Source of the DNA: Myxococcota bacterium
Lineage (GTDB): Bacteria; Myxococcota; UBA4151
Reading direction: 5' to 3'
NCBI GenBank assembly: GCA_040260805.1
Contig: JBDQPD010000014.1
Coordinates: 1 to 45,532 of the forward strand
Length of the DNA stretch: 45,532 nucleotides
Shown here: piece by piece, positions 8,137-17,616 of the stretch
Numbering within the stretch: the first letter of the stretch is position 1
Layout: every line of letters begins with the position of its first letter
Translations under genes and position numbers: made by a program
Notes under the pieces: model-generated
What the model saw: the letters and a program-made list of their open reading frames with translations, nothing else
Database searches by the model: none
What the model was told of the DNA's origin: nothing

Positions 8137-9288
8137 TTATTCGCAGCTGATCACGGCCATCGAGCCGCGCTGGGTGGGGATGCGGCAACCCATACCGCTG
8201 AGCTCGCTCTCAAGGTCCACCATGACGTCGTCAGAGGAGCCCTTAATACGAACCGAATAGTGAAGCGTAGCGTCGGTAGCGAGCGTCCGCTTGGCTTTAC
8301 CGAGACCCTTGACCATACGGTGGATCTGCCCTTTGGCGGCGCCATCGAACTCACCACGAAAGACCAAGAAGTAGCCCTTGCCCTTTGAGACCTGCTTCTT
8401 CCACTTCTTGATCATGTTGCCGATCACCTTTTGGGTGGCGTCCGAGATCGCCTCATCAAAGGCGATTTGTGCGGCCGAGGTGGGACGCTCTGCGCTCCAG
8501 CCGGTGCCATCACCGAGCGCCGTGCCGGTGGTCGTCTCGTAGGCTCGAACGATCGCTTGAACCTTAACCGTTCCACGACCCGGCTGCAGCGTTGCGCTGT
8601 AGGTCAGGTAGACCTCGGCGCCGAGCGCCAAAGCGATCTGGGCGGCTTCGTCTTCGTCGTGACCTGCGACCTCGCCGAGCTGGCTGACCACGTCTTGCAG
8701 ATCTTGCATGCCCTGGGCGTTCTTGACGTCAAAGTCGTGCTGCTGAAGGTACTCGTTGATGCGAGTCGAGAGCGCCTCGGCCATCGCGTGCTTCTTAAAC
8801 CGCTTTTGCGCCACGGCGACGATGGTGGGGTTATCGAGCGCTTCAGAGGTGTCTGTGGCGCTTGAAGCGATCCCCTTGCTGCTTAGATCCTCAGCGAGTC
8901 GAGCGACCGCCACGGTGACCAAAGCCGAGTAGCTGGTGGTGGTGCCATTAACAGCGCGGCTTCCAAGCATCTTCTTCTCGGTCGCAAACATCACCGGGTT
9001 GATCCCAGCAAAGTAACCATTCTTCATACCTGACCAGCGTTTTTTCTCTTCGGGGCCGGTCGCTATTTTCTGCTCAATGGCTCCGGCGATCGCCACTTTG
9101 AGCGCATCGGACTTTGCCATCACGGCGTCGCTGCCCATGCCGACCACTTTGTAGGTCGATTTGCCGACGTCGGGGCTTTCGATAAAGGTCGCTTCAACGC
9201 CCACAGGATGAGCGGGCGCAACCGCCTGCGGCGCTGCGCAAGCTAGACCCAAAAGACCAAGAACTGCTGTAAGATGATGAGGTCGCAT
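8137..9288 (-). CDS. FlgT-like (DUF6175-like) lipoprotein
   Basis: AAGGA RBS, lipobox GLAC. VVGMG...AKSDALKVAI is FlgT-N/LPP20-like. PTIVAV...LALGAEVYLTY...VRAYETTTGTALG is a CsgG/FlgT-M-like fold. Confidence 0.6.
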   Translation of the reverse strand: MRPHHLTAVLGLLGLACAAPQAVAPAHPVGVEATFIESPDVGKSTYKVVGMGSDAVMAKSDALKVAIAGAIEQKIATGPEEKKRWSGMKNGYFAGINPVMFATEKKMLGSRAVNGTTTSYSALVTVAVARLAEDLSSKGIASSATDTSEALDNPTIVAVAQKRFKKHAMAEALSTRINEYLQQHDFDVKNAQGMQDLQDVVSQLGEVAGHDEDEAAQIALALGAEVYLTYSATLQPGRGTVKVQAIVRAYETTTGTALGDGTGWSAERPTSAAQIAFDEAISDATQKVIGNMIKKWKKQVSKGKGYFLVFRGEFDGAAKGQIHRMVKGLGKAKRTLATDATLHYSVRIKGSSDDVMVDLESELSGMGCRIPTQRGSMAVISCE

Positions 9289-9392
9289 GGTAAGTTTCCT
9301 TTATGTTGCGATCGATTGTGCACGCTTTAAACGGCACAGCAGAGAAGTTGATTCAAAATGCGAGGGGACGTTGTTCGGCCAGGATCAGCCTG

Positions 9393-10238
9393 TCAATCCC
9401 TGGCGGGAAGACGCTCATCAATCCACGCGAGTAAATCCGATCGGACTTGAGCCTGTTCAGGTTCATTAAGGATCTCGTGGTATAAGCCTTGGTAGATCTT
9501 AATCGTCTTATCCTCGCTCGATGCGCGCTCGTGAAGCACTTCGCTTCCACGCGGGTCAGCCAAACCGTCGGCGCTCCCGTGAAGCACAAGAAAGGGCGTC
9601 TTGAGCTGTTCGGCGCGCTCGAGAATCAGCCGCTCGGTACTCAATAAGCTGTGCCCCGTGCGCGCTAGAATACCGCCATTATAGACCAAAGGATCGGCGA
9701 GATAAGCGTTCACGACCTCGGGGTCACGGCACACCAACTCGTGATCAAGGCGAGCAGCCGGGACGATCGGTAACAAGGTTCCGACGATTCCAGAGATTTT
9801 TTGTAAGAAGGGGCTGATGTCTTCGCTCACTTTAACTGAAGGGCCGGTCATCATCAGCAAGTCGACTAAATCCGAGTGGTCCATACTGACCAGCGCCGCA
9901 AGGGCTCCGCCCATCGAATGACCAAACAGCAAACGAGGCACATCGGGGGCGCGCTCAGCAGCCCAACGCATGGTACTCACCGCGTCCGGAATCAGGCTGC
10001 GAAAGCTCGTAATGTAGCTGGTGCGCCCGGCTGAACGACCGTGACCTTTATGATCTAAAGCGAAGACGGCGATCCCCGCACCATTGAGCGCCTGAACGAG
10101 CGCTTCATAGCGGTGGCAGTGCTCTGCGTAGCCATGCAATAAGGTGCACTGGGCTCTTAGCGGGCCGCTAGGAACCCATGCGCAGCGATAAAGGCTATCG
10201 CCATCGGCTCCTAAAATACGTTCTTCAAAAAATTCCAT
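9393..10238 (-). CDS. Alpha/beta hydrolase, lysophospholipase/monoacylglycerol lipase family
   Basis: LHGYAEH, DHKGHGRS, nucleophile motif GHSMGG, LHGSAD and LYHEILNEP. Confidence 0.92.
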   Translation of the reverse strand: MEFFEERILGADGDSLYRCAWVPSGPLRAQCTLLHGYAEHCHRYEALVQALNGAGIAVFALDHKGHGRSAGRTSYITSFRSLIPDAVSTMRWAAERAPDVPRLLFGHSMGGALAALVSMDHSDLVDLLMMTGPSVKVSEDISPFLQKISGIVGTLLPIVPAARLDHELVCRDPEVVNAYLADPLVYNGGILARTGHSLLSTERLILERAEQLKTPFLVLHGSADGLADPRGSEVLHERASSEDKTIKIYQGLYHEILNEPEQAQVRSDLLAWIDERLPARD

Positions 10239-10292
10239 GATCCATCCTTCTTGTCCGAAGTCTGAACAGGCCTTGAACGTTTTGTCGATGGA

Positions 10293-10907
10293 TCAGCGCG
10301 GTTTACCGAAGCCTGTATCAAAGCTTGGCAAAGGAAATGAGCCAAAGCCGCGGTCGGGAATCCCGGCATCAGGAGCGAGATCCGGAACCGGTACATCCAA
10401 AGGACCTGGATCAGGTCCCGCGTCTACTGGGGCCGCTGCATCCGATAAGGGATCCACGGGTCCGGCGTCTTGCGGACTCGCATCACCGACCTGATCGGCG
10501 TCAGCCTCCGAAGCATCCGTCGCGCTGGCCGCATCTGCCAACGGCGCGTCGCCGGGAGCGACATCGGACACCGCGACGTCGGTTAGAGCGACATCGCCAG
10601 GCGCTGCGTCAGTTTGTACATCACTCGCATCACTTGAACTCGACACATCACCAACCACGGAAGCGTCGGCAGCAGCGGACGCATCAGCCACACTCAAAGC
10701 ATCACCCGCTGCAGCGTCAGTGACCCCGCTATCGGCAGGGCTTCCTGCGTCAGCAATCACGACAGGAGCCGGCGTCTTGTCGCGACACACCCCCTGAGAA
10801 CAATACCAACCCATTGCGCAGTTGCTGTGACGAATGCAGAGCTGGTCTGCGTTGTCGTCACCGCATCCGGCCGCCGCGATGGCGATGAGCAGGGGGAAGA
10901 ATCTCAA
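10293..10907 (-). CDS. Lipoprotein with a small 4-Cys module and a long Asp-Ala-rich low-complexity region
   Basis: Lipobox AAGC, CIRHSNCAMGWYCSQGVC, then many DA/DV/DAG repeats. Confidence 0.7.
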   Translation of the reverse strand: MRFFPLLIAIAAAGCGDDNADQLCIRHSNCAMGWYCSQGVCRDKTPAPVVIADAGSPADSGVTDAAAGDALSVADASAAADASVVGDVSSSSDASDVQTDAAPGDVALTDVAVSDVAPGDAPLADAASATDASEADADQVGDASPQDAGPVDPLSDAAAPVDAGPDPGPLDVPVPDLAPDAGIPDRGFGSFPLPSFDTGFGKPR

Positions 10908-11404
10908 AGAGGTAACCTGACGCCAAGGTGACCGTGAAACTCGATGAGCGCGCCTTGGCTGGGTAGATCATTACCAAAGAAAAAGGCGCTCGCAGAGCCT
11001 CCAGCGTCGAGCTCTATTTTACCTAAAAGTTTCGGTCGCCATGACAACTGCCCCTCGACCCCATGGAGCGTATAGGGCGTCACATAACTGCGCAGGCCTA
11101 GACCGATCGAGAAGGGCCAACCGATGACCTTAAAGGGAAAGTCAACGCCGGGCCGGATCCCCAAGGCGATGCGCTCATGCAGTGGAACCTCAAGACCGAT
11201 GCGATACCGTCGCGAGTAATCTTCCTCGATGTGAGCAGCCCAATCGGCACGAAGCTTAAAGGGTGAGCCCATCCAAAGGGTCCCGGAGGCGACGTTACCA
11301 GCCATCAAACCGGTGACTAAGCCGACGCCAAGCTCGGCCTCAACCTGCTTGGCTGAGGCTGTATTCGCACCCAGAAGCAAAGCTGAACACAGTAGTGCGC
11401 GCAT
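10904..11404 (-). CDS. Small outer-membrane beta-barrel-like protein
   Basis: GGGGAG RBS before ATG 11404. Signal peptide ending ASA. Alternating amphipathic strands ending HLGVRLPL. ATGA-type overlap with the downstream lipoprotein gene. Confidence 0.6.
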   Translation of the reverse strand: MRALLCSALLLGANTASAKQVEAELGVGLVTGLMAGNVASGTLWMGSPFKLRADWAAHIEEDYSRRYRIGLEVPLHERIALGIRPGVDFPFKVIGWPFSIGLGLRSYVTPYTLHGVEGQLSWRPKLLGKIELDAGGSASAFFFGNDLPSQGALIEFHGHLGVRLPL

Positions 11405-11454
11405 AGGACTCCCCGATCCAACCCCGATCATCGACACGAACACCGACAGACTTG

Positions 11455-11494
11455 AAAAAGAAAAAGATCGCTACCTCTCAGCAGCGATCTTTTC
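11455..11494 (-). terminator. Rho-independent terminator after the IPT/TIG gene
   Basis: Stem AAAAGATCGCT / AGCGATCTTTT, followed on the minus strand by a T-rich run. Confidence 0.75.
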
Positions 11495-11523
11495 ACCCCG
11501 AAGGGCTCGCTCTAGGTCAAAGC

Positions 11524-14500
11524 TTAGAACGGCTTGGTGAAGTACTCGACATCCATCGTCCATGCGCGACGAGCCATGTTGTTCAGATCAGCGAGTGACC
11601 AGTTCTCATAATCGAACCCGGGGATATAGATCGCCTGAAGTGCCCAAAGATAAGCACCCGGTCCTGGCACCGCTGGCTGCATCTCATGATCGAGCTGCGG
11701 CACATGCGGCAAGCGGAACTTACGCTGGTTACCCGGCACCGAGAAATCCCAGCGCTGATTGGTCGCCAAGTTGATCACGATCACGTTGTAAATCGAAGGC
11801 GGCGCGCCCGTCGTTGCCGGCTTCCATCGGAAGGTACTGTTGCGCAAGGTGCCTCGATTGACCGGTGTTTCGATCTCGGGGAAGGGCATGATCGGATCGA
11901 GGGTTACACCACTTTGAGTGTTCCCGACGCCATCACGAAGAGCCACTGAATAAGGCCAGGTGTAGTCGTACGCACCCGCACAGGCGTTGCCCTGCATGGT
12001 GGGGACACAACTCTGTCCGCCTTCACAGTCACCTGACGAGACGCACTCAGGTCCGGTCACCGCATCGGGATTCCACAGGCGAGTGAACGCTCCACCGTAG
12101 AAGGTCAGGAACTCACCGGGGAAGTCCGGCAGATCACGCTGAACGATCACACGAGAGTCACTGTCTGTCTCGCCCAAGGGATAACCCCCTTCGCCGCCAA
12201 AGTTCAGGTAGGTCGAGACGCGGTTCTTATTCGGGCCACGTTTACCTGGCATTTGGCCCGGTGCATCGGGCATCGTGACGGTGATGTTGGTCTCGAGCGC
12301 GTAGCTCAGCGCAATGTCGAGGCCTTGATGCGTCTCGCCCATCACCGCGGTCACGCCGCGCCGCACCCCGAGCTGGCGCAGCTCGCGCACTTCTTGGGTC
12401 CGGCTGTTGATGATACCCGCCCAGGCTAGCAACGCATAGCGACCCGGCATGGTGATAAAGTCAAAGCAGCCGCCCTCTTCGTAGATCAAATCGGTACCGA
12501 AGATGATCTCGCAGTTCCCGTCGCCGCTTTGGCAAGGCTGACCACCGTTCGGGACCGGAACCTCCCAAGTCGTCGCTTTCGGGGTCGGGTCTGCGAACAA
12601 GGAGCGACGAGTCAACTCGATCTGGGCAAAGGCGCGCTCGTCAGGACCGAGGGTCGAGACGTCAAAAAGAGCCTTCGAGAAGTCGGTTACGCAGCCTTGA
12701 AGACGAGGGAAGACCCGAGGAGGGCCGCCACCACCGCCGCCACCGCCCGCGCTCGGTGGGCCCGAGCAATACACGATCAACGTGACGTCTGCGCTCTCTG
12801 CTTCGACGATCGAGTTTGCCGAGCAGTTCTGCGCAATGGCGGTCACCGTTTGAGGACCGAAAACGTCCGGACCGCTCAAGGTCACCTGACCCGCCGTGTT
12901 CGTGAACCCAACGTATTCGGTCTCCGAGTCCAGACCGAGCCACACCATGGCATCGGGCTTGGGCTGAAGACCGGTCATCGTCGGAGTCAACACGGTCACG
13001 TTGACGGCACCTTCGACGTCACCGCCGTGGGTACCACCCATCATGAACGCTGGGTCGAAATAGGTGAAGGTGTTGGTCAGCGCAGCGCGTTCATCAGTGA
13101 TCGAGACGCTGACGTCATAGGTTCCAGGGACATTCGGCGGAGTCGAAACGGTCACTGTGTTGTCGTTGAGCACTCGCACCCGAGTCGCCGCTTGGATCCC
13201 AAAGCTGACCACCACATCGCCCTTGCTAAAGCCGGAGCCCGTCAGGGTCACGTAGGTGCCGCCAGCTTGGGCGCCTCGGTTCGGGTGAACACCGGCTAAG
13301 GCGAGCGGAGCCTCGTAGATGAAGGCTTCAGGCCGTCGGACCACCTGACGCGCAAGCTCGACGCGAAGTTCTGCGGCGCCACCGGAGCCAGCAGGCGTTG
13401 TAAAGCTAAAGCGGCTGTTCGAGATCACATCAATCTCGAGCTCCACGCCGCCAAGATAAGCGGTCATGGCGTCGTCAAAGCCTTCACCGACCACCTCAAC
13501 AAAAGTGCCGCCTTCGATCGGGCCGCGGTCGGGGTTGAGACGAACGATTTGGAGCGCCTCATAGTAGCTGTAGGCGTCGGCTAGTGTCGAGTCTCCCGCT
13601 TGCGTCGTAATGCTGACGGGCACCACGCCGGCGGCGTGGCGAGGCGCTAAGGTCGTGACCTGCTCACCTTCCACCAAGGCTGCGGACGTTGTCTCGCCGT
13701 CGACACGAACCGTGACCGGCTCGCCGGTCAGATTCGCACCGAGCAGATGGATCCGGTTGTTGCCGTGGGTTGGACCGCTGCCGGGAACTACACCTTGAAG
13801 ACTGACACCGTCACCCGCCGCAACGTAGACAAAGGCGTTGGGCTCAGCGTCTTCGCCACGCATCGAACTCAAGCGGAGCGCGACCGGACCGGACTGCACC
13901 GAAGCACCTGCCAGGCAGGTCGCCTCGGTTGCGCTGGTGACCTCGACCTCGGTACAGGGGGCTTCGCCTAAGCGAACCGACAGGTCCTCAGTGAATCCAT
14001 CGCCGCCGAGCGTGACTCGGTATCCGCCCGCAAGCGATCCACCCGCCGGGGTGACCGTCTGGGCTCGGAGGGGGGCGTAATAGCTAAACGCTAAGCGCAG
14101 CACCTTGCGCCCAAAGGCGTTGACCACCTCGACATCAACCTCGCCCGCTTCGCCAGTTGGGGGCACCACGCCTTCCATGGTTTGCCCGTCGATCACCTGC
14201 AGTCCGCGGACGGCACGGCCGCCGATCAACACTGCCGTGCTGTCGTTGAATCCATCGCCCGTGATCCGAATCGAAGCGCCACCGAGAATACTGCCCTCGG
14301 AGGGTTCTACACCGGTCAACTCAAGGGGGTCGTAATACGTAAATCCATCGACCTCTTCGGCGTTACCTAAGCTGTTCGAGACTCGGATCGTCGCCGCGCC
14401 CGGATCGCCCGGTGGGGTCCGAAACGTGATGATGCGCTCGTTGAGGGTCAACAGGTCCAGCCCAGGCTCACCGTTCACGAGCACCGTCGAATCGGGCATA

Positions 14501-14745
14501 AAGCCGATCCCACGGAGCCGAACACGAGTACCGCCACGAGCGCTTCCGCTCGCTGGGGCGATCTCTTGAATCTGGACCGGAGACTCCTCCTCACCCGCAT
14601 CGGAAACGATGGCTGGACCGGTGTCCGGCGTGCTCTGTCCCGCATCAAGTGCAATGATGGGTCCGGTATCCGTGGCGCCGGTGTTGTCGTCGGGACAACC
14701 CAGAACCACGAGCAGCGGCATGAGATGAAGCGCAGATAGTCGCAT
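11524..14745 (-). CDS. IPT/TIG repeat lipoprotein (about six IPT domains plus a C-terminal unknown region)
   Basis: GGAG RBS before ATG 14745, lipobox VLGC. Repeats such as IQEIAPASGSARGGTRVRLRGIGF...FTYY and LTGVEPSEGSILGGASIRITGDGF...FSYY; six counted. Poly-Gly linker and Cys-rich inserts follow. Confidence 0.88.
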   Translation of the reverse strand: MRLSALHLMPLLVVLGCPDDNTGATDTGPIIALDAGQSTPDTGPAIVSDAGEEESPVQIQEIAPASGSARGGTRVRLRGIGFMPDSTVLVNGEPGLDLLTLNERIITFRTPPGDPGAATIRVSNSLGNAEEVDGFTYYDPLELTGVEPSEGSILGGASIRITGDGFNDSTAVLIGGRAVRGLQVIDGQTMEGVVPPTGEAGEVDVEVVNAFGRKVLRLAFSYYAPLRAQTVTPAGGSLAGGYRVTLGGDGFTEDLSVRLGEAPCTEVEVTSATEATCLAGASVQSGPVALRLSSMRGEDAEPNAFVYVAAGDGVSLQGVVPGSGPTHGNNRIHLLGANLTGEPVTVRVDGETTSAALVEGEQVTTLAPRHAAGVVPVSITTQAGDSTLADAYSYYEALQIVRLNPDRGPIEGGTFVEVVGEGFDDAMTAYLGGVELEIDVISNSRFSFTTPAGSGGAAELRVELARQVVRRPEAFIYEAPLALAGVHPNRGAQAGGTYVTLTGSGFSKGDVVVSFGIQAATRVRVLNDNTVTVSTPPNVPGTYDVSVSITDERAALTNTFTYFDPAFMMGGTHGGDVEGAVNVTVLTPTMTGLQPKPDAMVWLGLDSETEYVGFTNTAGQVTLSGPDVFGPQTVTAIAQNCSANSIVEAESADVTLIVYCSGPPSAGGGGGGGGPPRVFPRLQGCVTDFSKALFDVSTLGPDERAFAQIELTRRSLFADPTPKATTWEVPVPNGGQPCQSGDGNCEIIFGTDLIYEEGGCFDFITMPGRYALLAWAGIINSRTQEVRELRQLGVRRGVTAVMGETHQGLDIALSYALETNITVTMPDAPGQMPGKRGPNKNRVSTYLNFGGEGGYPLGETDSDSRVIVQRDLPDFPGEFLTFYGGAFTRLWNPDAVTGPECVSSGDCEGGQSCVPTMQGNACAGAYDYTWPYSVALRDGVGNTQSGVTLDPIMPFPEIETPVNRGTLRNSTFRWKPATTGAPPSIYNVIVINLATNQRWDFSVPGNQRKFRLPHVPQLDHEMQPAVPGPGAYLWALQAIYIPGFDYENWSLADLNNMARRAWTMDVEYFTKPF

Positions 14746-14918
14746 AGCGAACTCCAAGGTCACCACCTGAACCGAGGTGGCGAAAAATAGATCAAGCATT
14801 GGCCCGTTGGGCCTGGGGCAACCTACCAGCGCCGCGCCTTACGCGCAAAGGCCTGCGTGCGAGGCATTGCCAAGCCTTGCGCCTCGCAGGCATGGACCCC
14901 CCAACAAAGGAGGGTCTC

Positions 14919-15746
14919 ATGACCACGCTCAAAGCGCTGATCGAGGCAGCTTCAAACCACCCGGACCTTGTCGACTCAAACGGTCCTCATCGGGACGCAG
15001 TTGAATCCGTTATAGAGTCGATCAACTCCGGTGATTTAAGGGTAGCTGAGCCCGACCCAAACGAGCCCGATGGATGGCGCATTAATGGCTGGGTCCAGCG
15101 CGCGATTAACCTCTACTTTCGAGTGGCAAAAATGGAGCCTATCGAGGCCGGCCATCTGGCCTGGTTTGATAAAATCCCGCCCAGAACAGACCACGCTGAG
15201 CGCGGCTTGAGAGCCGTCCCTAGCGCATTGGTTCGTTATGGAGCCTTCGTCGAAACCGGCGCCGTGCTGATGCCGAGCTTCGTCAATATCGGTGCTTTTG
15301 TCGGCAAGGGCACCATGGTCGACACCTGGGCGACGGTGGGTTCATGTGCCCAGATCGGTCGAGATGTTCACCTCAGCGGTGGGGTCGGTATCGGAGGCGT
15401 TCTTGAGCCACCCGGAGCACGGCCGGTGATTATCGAAGACGGCTGCTTTGTGGGCTCTCGTTGCATTGTCGTTGAAGGCGTCCATGTGGGCGCAGAGGCG
15501 GTCCTTGGTGCTGGACTTGTGCTGACTGCGTCGACGCCAATCATTGACGTGCGCGGCCCCAGCGAGGTCATCACTCGAGGTCACATTCCAGCGCGAGCCG
15601 TGGTGGTCCCAGGCACACGACCGAAACAGTTCCCAGCTGGCGAGTACTTGCTCCCTTGCGCGCTGATCATCGGCGAGCGCAGCAGCAGCACCGACCGTAA
15701 GACGAGCCTAAACAGTGCGCTTCGAGATCACGGGCTCGGTGCCTAG
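14919..15746 (+). CDS. dapD: 2,3,4,5-tetrahydropyridine-2,6-dicarboxylate N-succinyltransferase
   Basis: SGDLRVAEP, WFDKIP, LMPSFVNIGAFVGKGTMVDTWATVGSCAQIG...GGVLEP...IIEDGCFVG, TSLNSALR. AAGGAGG RBS before ATG 14919. Confidence 0.97.
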   Translation: MTTLKALIEAASNHPDLVDSNGPHRDAVESVIESINSGDLRVAEPDPNEPDGWRINGWVQRAINLYFRVAKMEPIEAGHLAWFDKIPPRTDHAERGLRAVPSALVRYGAFVETGAVLMPSFVNIGAFVGKGTMVDTWATVGSCAQIGRDVHLSGGVGIGGVLEPPGARPVIIEDGCFVGSRCIVVEGVHVGAEAVLGAGLVLTASTPIIDVRGPSEVITRGHIPARAVVVPGTRPKQFPAGEYLLPCALIIGERSSSTDRKTSLNSALRDHGLGA

Positions 15747-16807
15747 TGAAGCCGCTGACAGCCGTCGAGAGCACGCTCCTTGAGCTCATTCGTATCGACT
15801 CGCCGACCGGCGGTGAAGCGCCGCTTGCGGACGCCGTCGAGTCCTGGGCTCAAGACGCGGGGTGGCGCGTGCGAAGGCATGGACTCTCATTGGTCGCGGA
15901 CCGGCCGGACTGCTCAGGTCCGCGTGTCGGAATCTTTGGACACCTCGATGTGGTCACTGATCAAATCATGGCGCCCATCTCGGTTGACGATGAGGTCATC
16001 TACGGACCCGGCACCAGTGATATGAAAGGCGGCTTAGCGGTCATGCTTGAGGTCATGCGCACGCTGCCCAAAGACGGTCTTCGAGCGGAGCCCGTGCTTG
16101 TCTTTTACGACGCCGAAGAGGGGCCGGTTGCGAACAACGGACTCAAGCCCTTGATCGATACCTTTCCGGATCTTCAAGACTTGGAGCTTGGCGTCTGTAT
16201 GGAACCCACCGCTAATGCGCTGCAGCTCGGTTGTGTCGGCTCCTTGCATGTCCGCTTGACCGTTCGAGGGAAAGCCGGTCACTCAGCGCGGCCTTGGGAG
16301 GGCGAAAACGCCATCACCCAAGCGGCGCCTTTGCTCGCCGACCTCGACCAGCTCAAACCCCGAGCGTCTCGCTGCGACGGCCTGACCTTCTTTGACACCT
16401 TTACGGTGACGCTCGCCGAAGGCGGACACAGTCGAAACTCAGTTCCAGCGGCGTTTCAGTGCAATGTCAATTTGCGCTTTGTCCCTGGGCGAACCGCTCA
16501 AGAGGCCTTCGATGAGATCCACACCTTTGTCGATGGACGCGCCGACGTGGAATGGCTCGATGACTCAGCCAGCGCCCCGGTGGCGGCGAGCAGTCCCTTA
16601 CTCGATGCGCTGGTCAAAACCGGGGGGTTGGAGCGCCAAGCGAAACAAGCGTGGACCGATGTCGCCCAGCTCGCCGCGTACGGCATCCCGGGCATCAACT
16701 TTGGGCCGGGAGATCCAGCCTGGGCACACCAAGCTGGAGAACAAATCGTCCGAGCGGATCTCAACCGCAGCTTATCGATTACAAGACAATGGCTTTGCGA
16801 GCAGTAG
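15746..16807 (+). CDS. dapE: Succinyl-diaminopimelate desuccinylase (M20 family)
   Basis: GHLDVV, GPGTSDMKGG, DAEEG, MEPT, HSARPW, AKQAWTDV and GPGDP..AH. Start overlaps the dapD stop. Confidence 0.9.
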   Translation: MKPLTAVESTLLELIRIDSPTGGEAPLADAVESWAQDAGWRVRRHGLSLVADRPDCSGPRVGIFGHLDVVTDQIMAPISVDDEVIYGPGTSDMKGGLAVMLEVMRTLPKDGLRAEPVLVFYDAEEGPVANNGLKPLIDTFPDLQDLELGVCMEPTANALQLGCVGSLHVRLTVRGKAGHSARPWEGENAITQAAPLLADLDQLKPRASRCDGLTFFDTFTVTLAEGGHSRNSVPAAFQCNVNLRFVPGRTAQEAFDEIHTFVDGRADVEWLDDSASAPVAASSPLLDALVKTGGLERQAKQAWTDVAQLAAYGIPGINFGPGDPAWAHQAGEQIVRADLNRSLSITRQWLCEQ

Positions 16808-17616
16808 CCCTCATCTTGTGCTTGGGTTGCCAAGCCGTCGAACCCGAACCGAGCGCAAAGGTATCGGCGCGTATCGTGAGTTTATCACCAGCGCTCACCG
16901 ATACGGTCGTCGCCCTTGGTCAGGAATCGGCGCTGGTAGGCCTGAGCCGCTACTGCAGCTCCCCAAAGGGAGGTGATCTCCCCCGACTCGGAGGGGTTCA
17001 AGACGCCCCGACCGAGTCGGTTCTCAACCTCAAACCTACGCTGGTGCTGACATCGGACTCTGTTCATGGACCGGCGGACAAGCTGCGCCTTGCGGGGCTT
17101 GAGGTCGCTAGTTTCTCCGAAGGTAGGCTCGCCGATATCTTGGGAAACTTGGAGGCGCTGGGACGGATGATTGGTCAATCTGAGCAAGGCAAATCATTGC
17201 GACTCGAGACCGAAAAGAAGCTCCAGCAGCTCCGACCCAAAACTCCAGCCAAGAACAATCGAGCGTTGCTGGTCTTCTCGTCCAAAGGCGAGCCCGTACG
17301 TGAACTCTGGGCGGCCGGGCCCAACGGCTGGCTTGGCGAGCTCTTGGTTGCGGTTGGGTTTGAGAATGTTTTGGTCTCAGGGCCCAGCTATGCGCAGCTC
17401 AGCACCGAGGCGCTGTTGGTGCTCAAGCCCGACCTGATCATCGAACTCAACGGCAGCGGCAACGACCAGGCTGAACCGATCAACAAACGCTGGGGTGCGT
17501 TTAAGTCGCTGCCAGCGGTTCGCGACCAGAGGCTGCACCGGTTAAGCGGCGAAGCTTTGCTCCGCCCGGGACCGCGAATCGTTGAACTCGCAGCGTCCTT
17601 GGCGGATTTGAGATGA
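16789..17616 (+). CDS. BtuF-like cobalamin/iron-chelate ABC substrate-binding lipoprotein
   Basis: ATG 16789, lipobox CLGC, then RIVSLSPALTDTVVALG...LVGLSRYC...LKPTLVL and LLRPGPRI. Confidence 0.85.
   Translation: MALRAVALILCLGCQAVEPEPSAKVSARIVSLSPALTDTVVALGQESALVGLSRYCSSPKGGDLPRLGGVQDAPTESVLNLKPTLVLTSDSVHGPADKLRLAGLEVASFSEGRLADILGNLEALGRMIGQSEQGKSLRLETEKKLQQLRPKTPAKNNRALLVFSSKGEPVRELWAAGPNGWLGELLVAVGFENVLVSGPSYAQLSTEALLVLKPDLIIELNGSGNDQAEPINKRWGAFKSLPAVRDQRLHRLSGEALLRPGPRIVELAASLADLR

Noticed and set aside
1963..9288. Calling the operon a curli (csg) or flagellar (flgOPT) locus
   Set aside because: There are no curlin repeats, csgE/F or flagellar genes in the window; the similarity is at fold or motif level only.
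12725..12750. (ccg/cca)n run as a phase-variable repeat
   Set aside because: It is an in-frame poly-Gly linker with mixed codons, so slippage would not shift the frame.
12529..13299. 256-aa ORF antisense to the IPT gene
   Set aside because: Shadow ORF with no recognisable motif.
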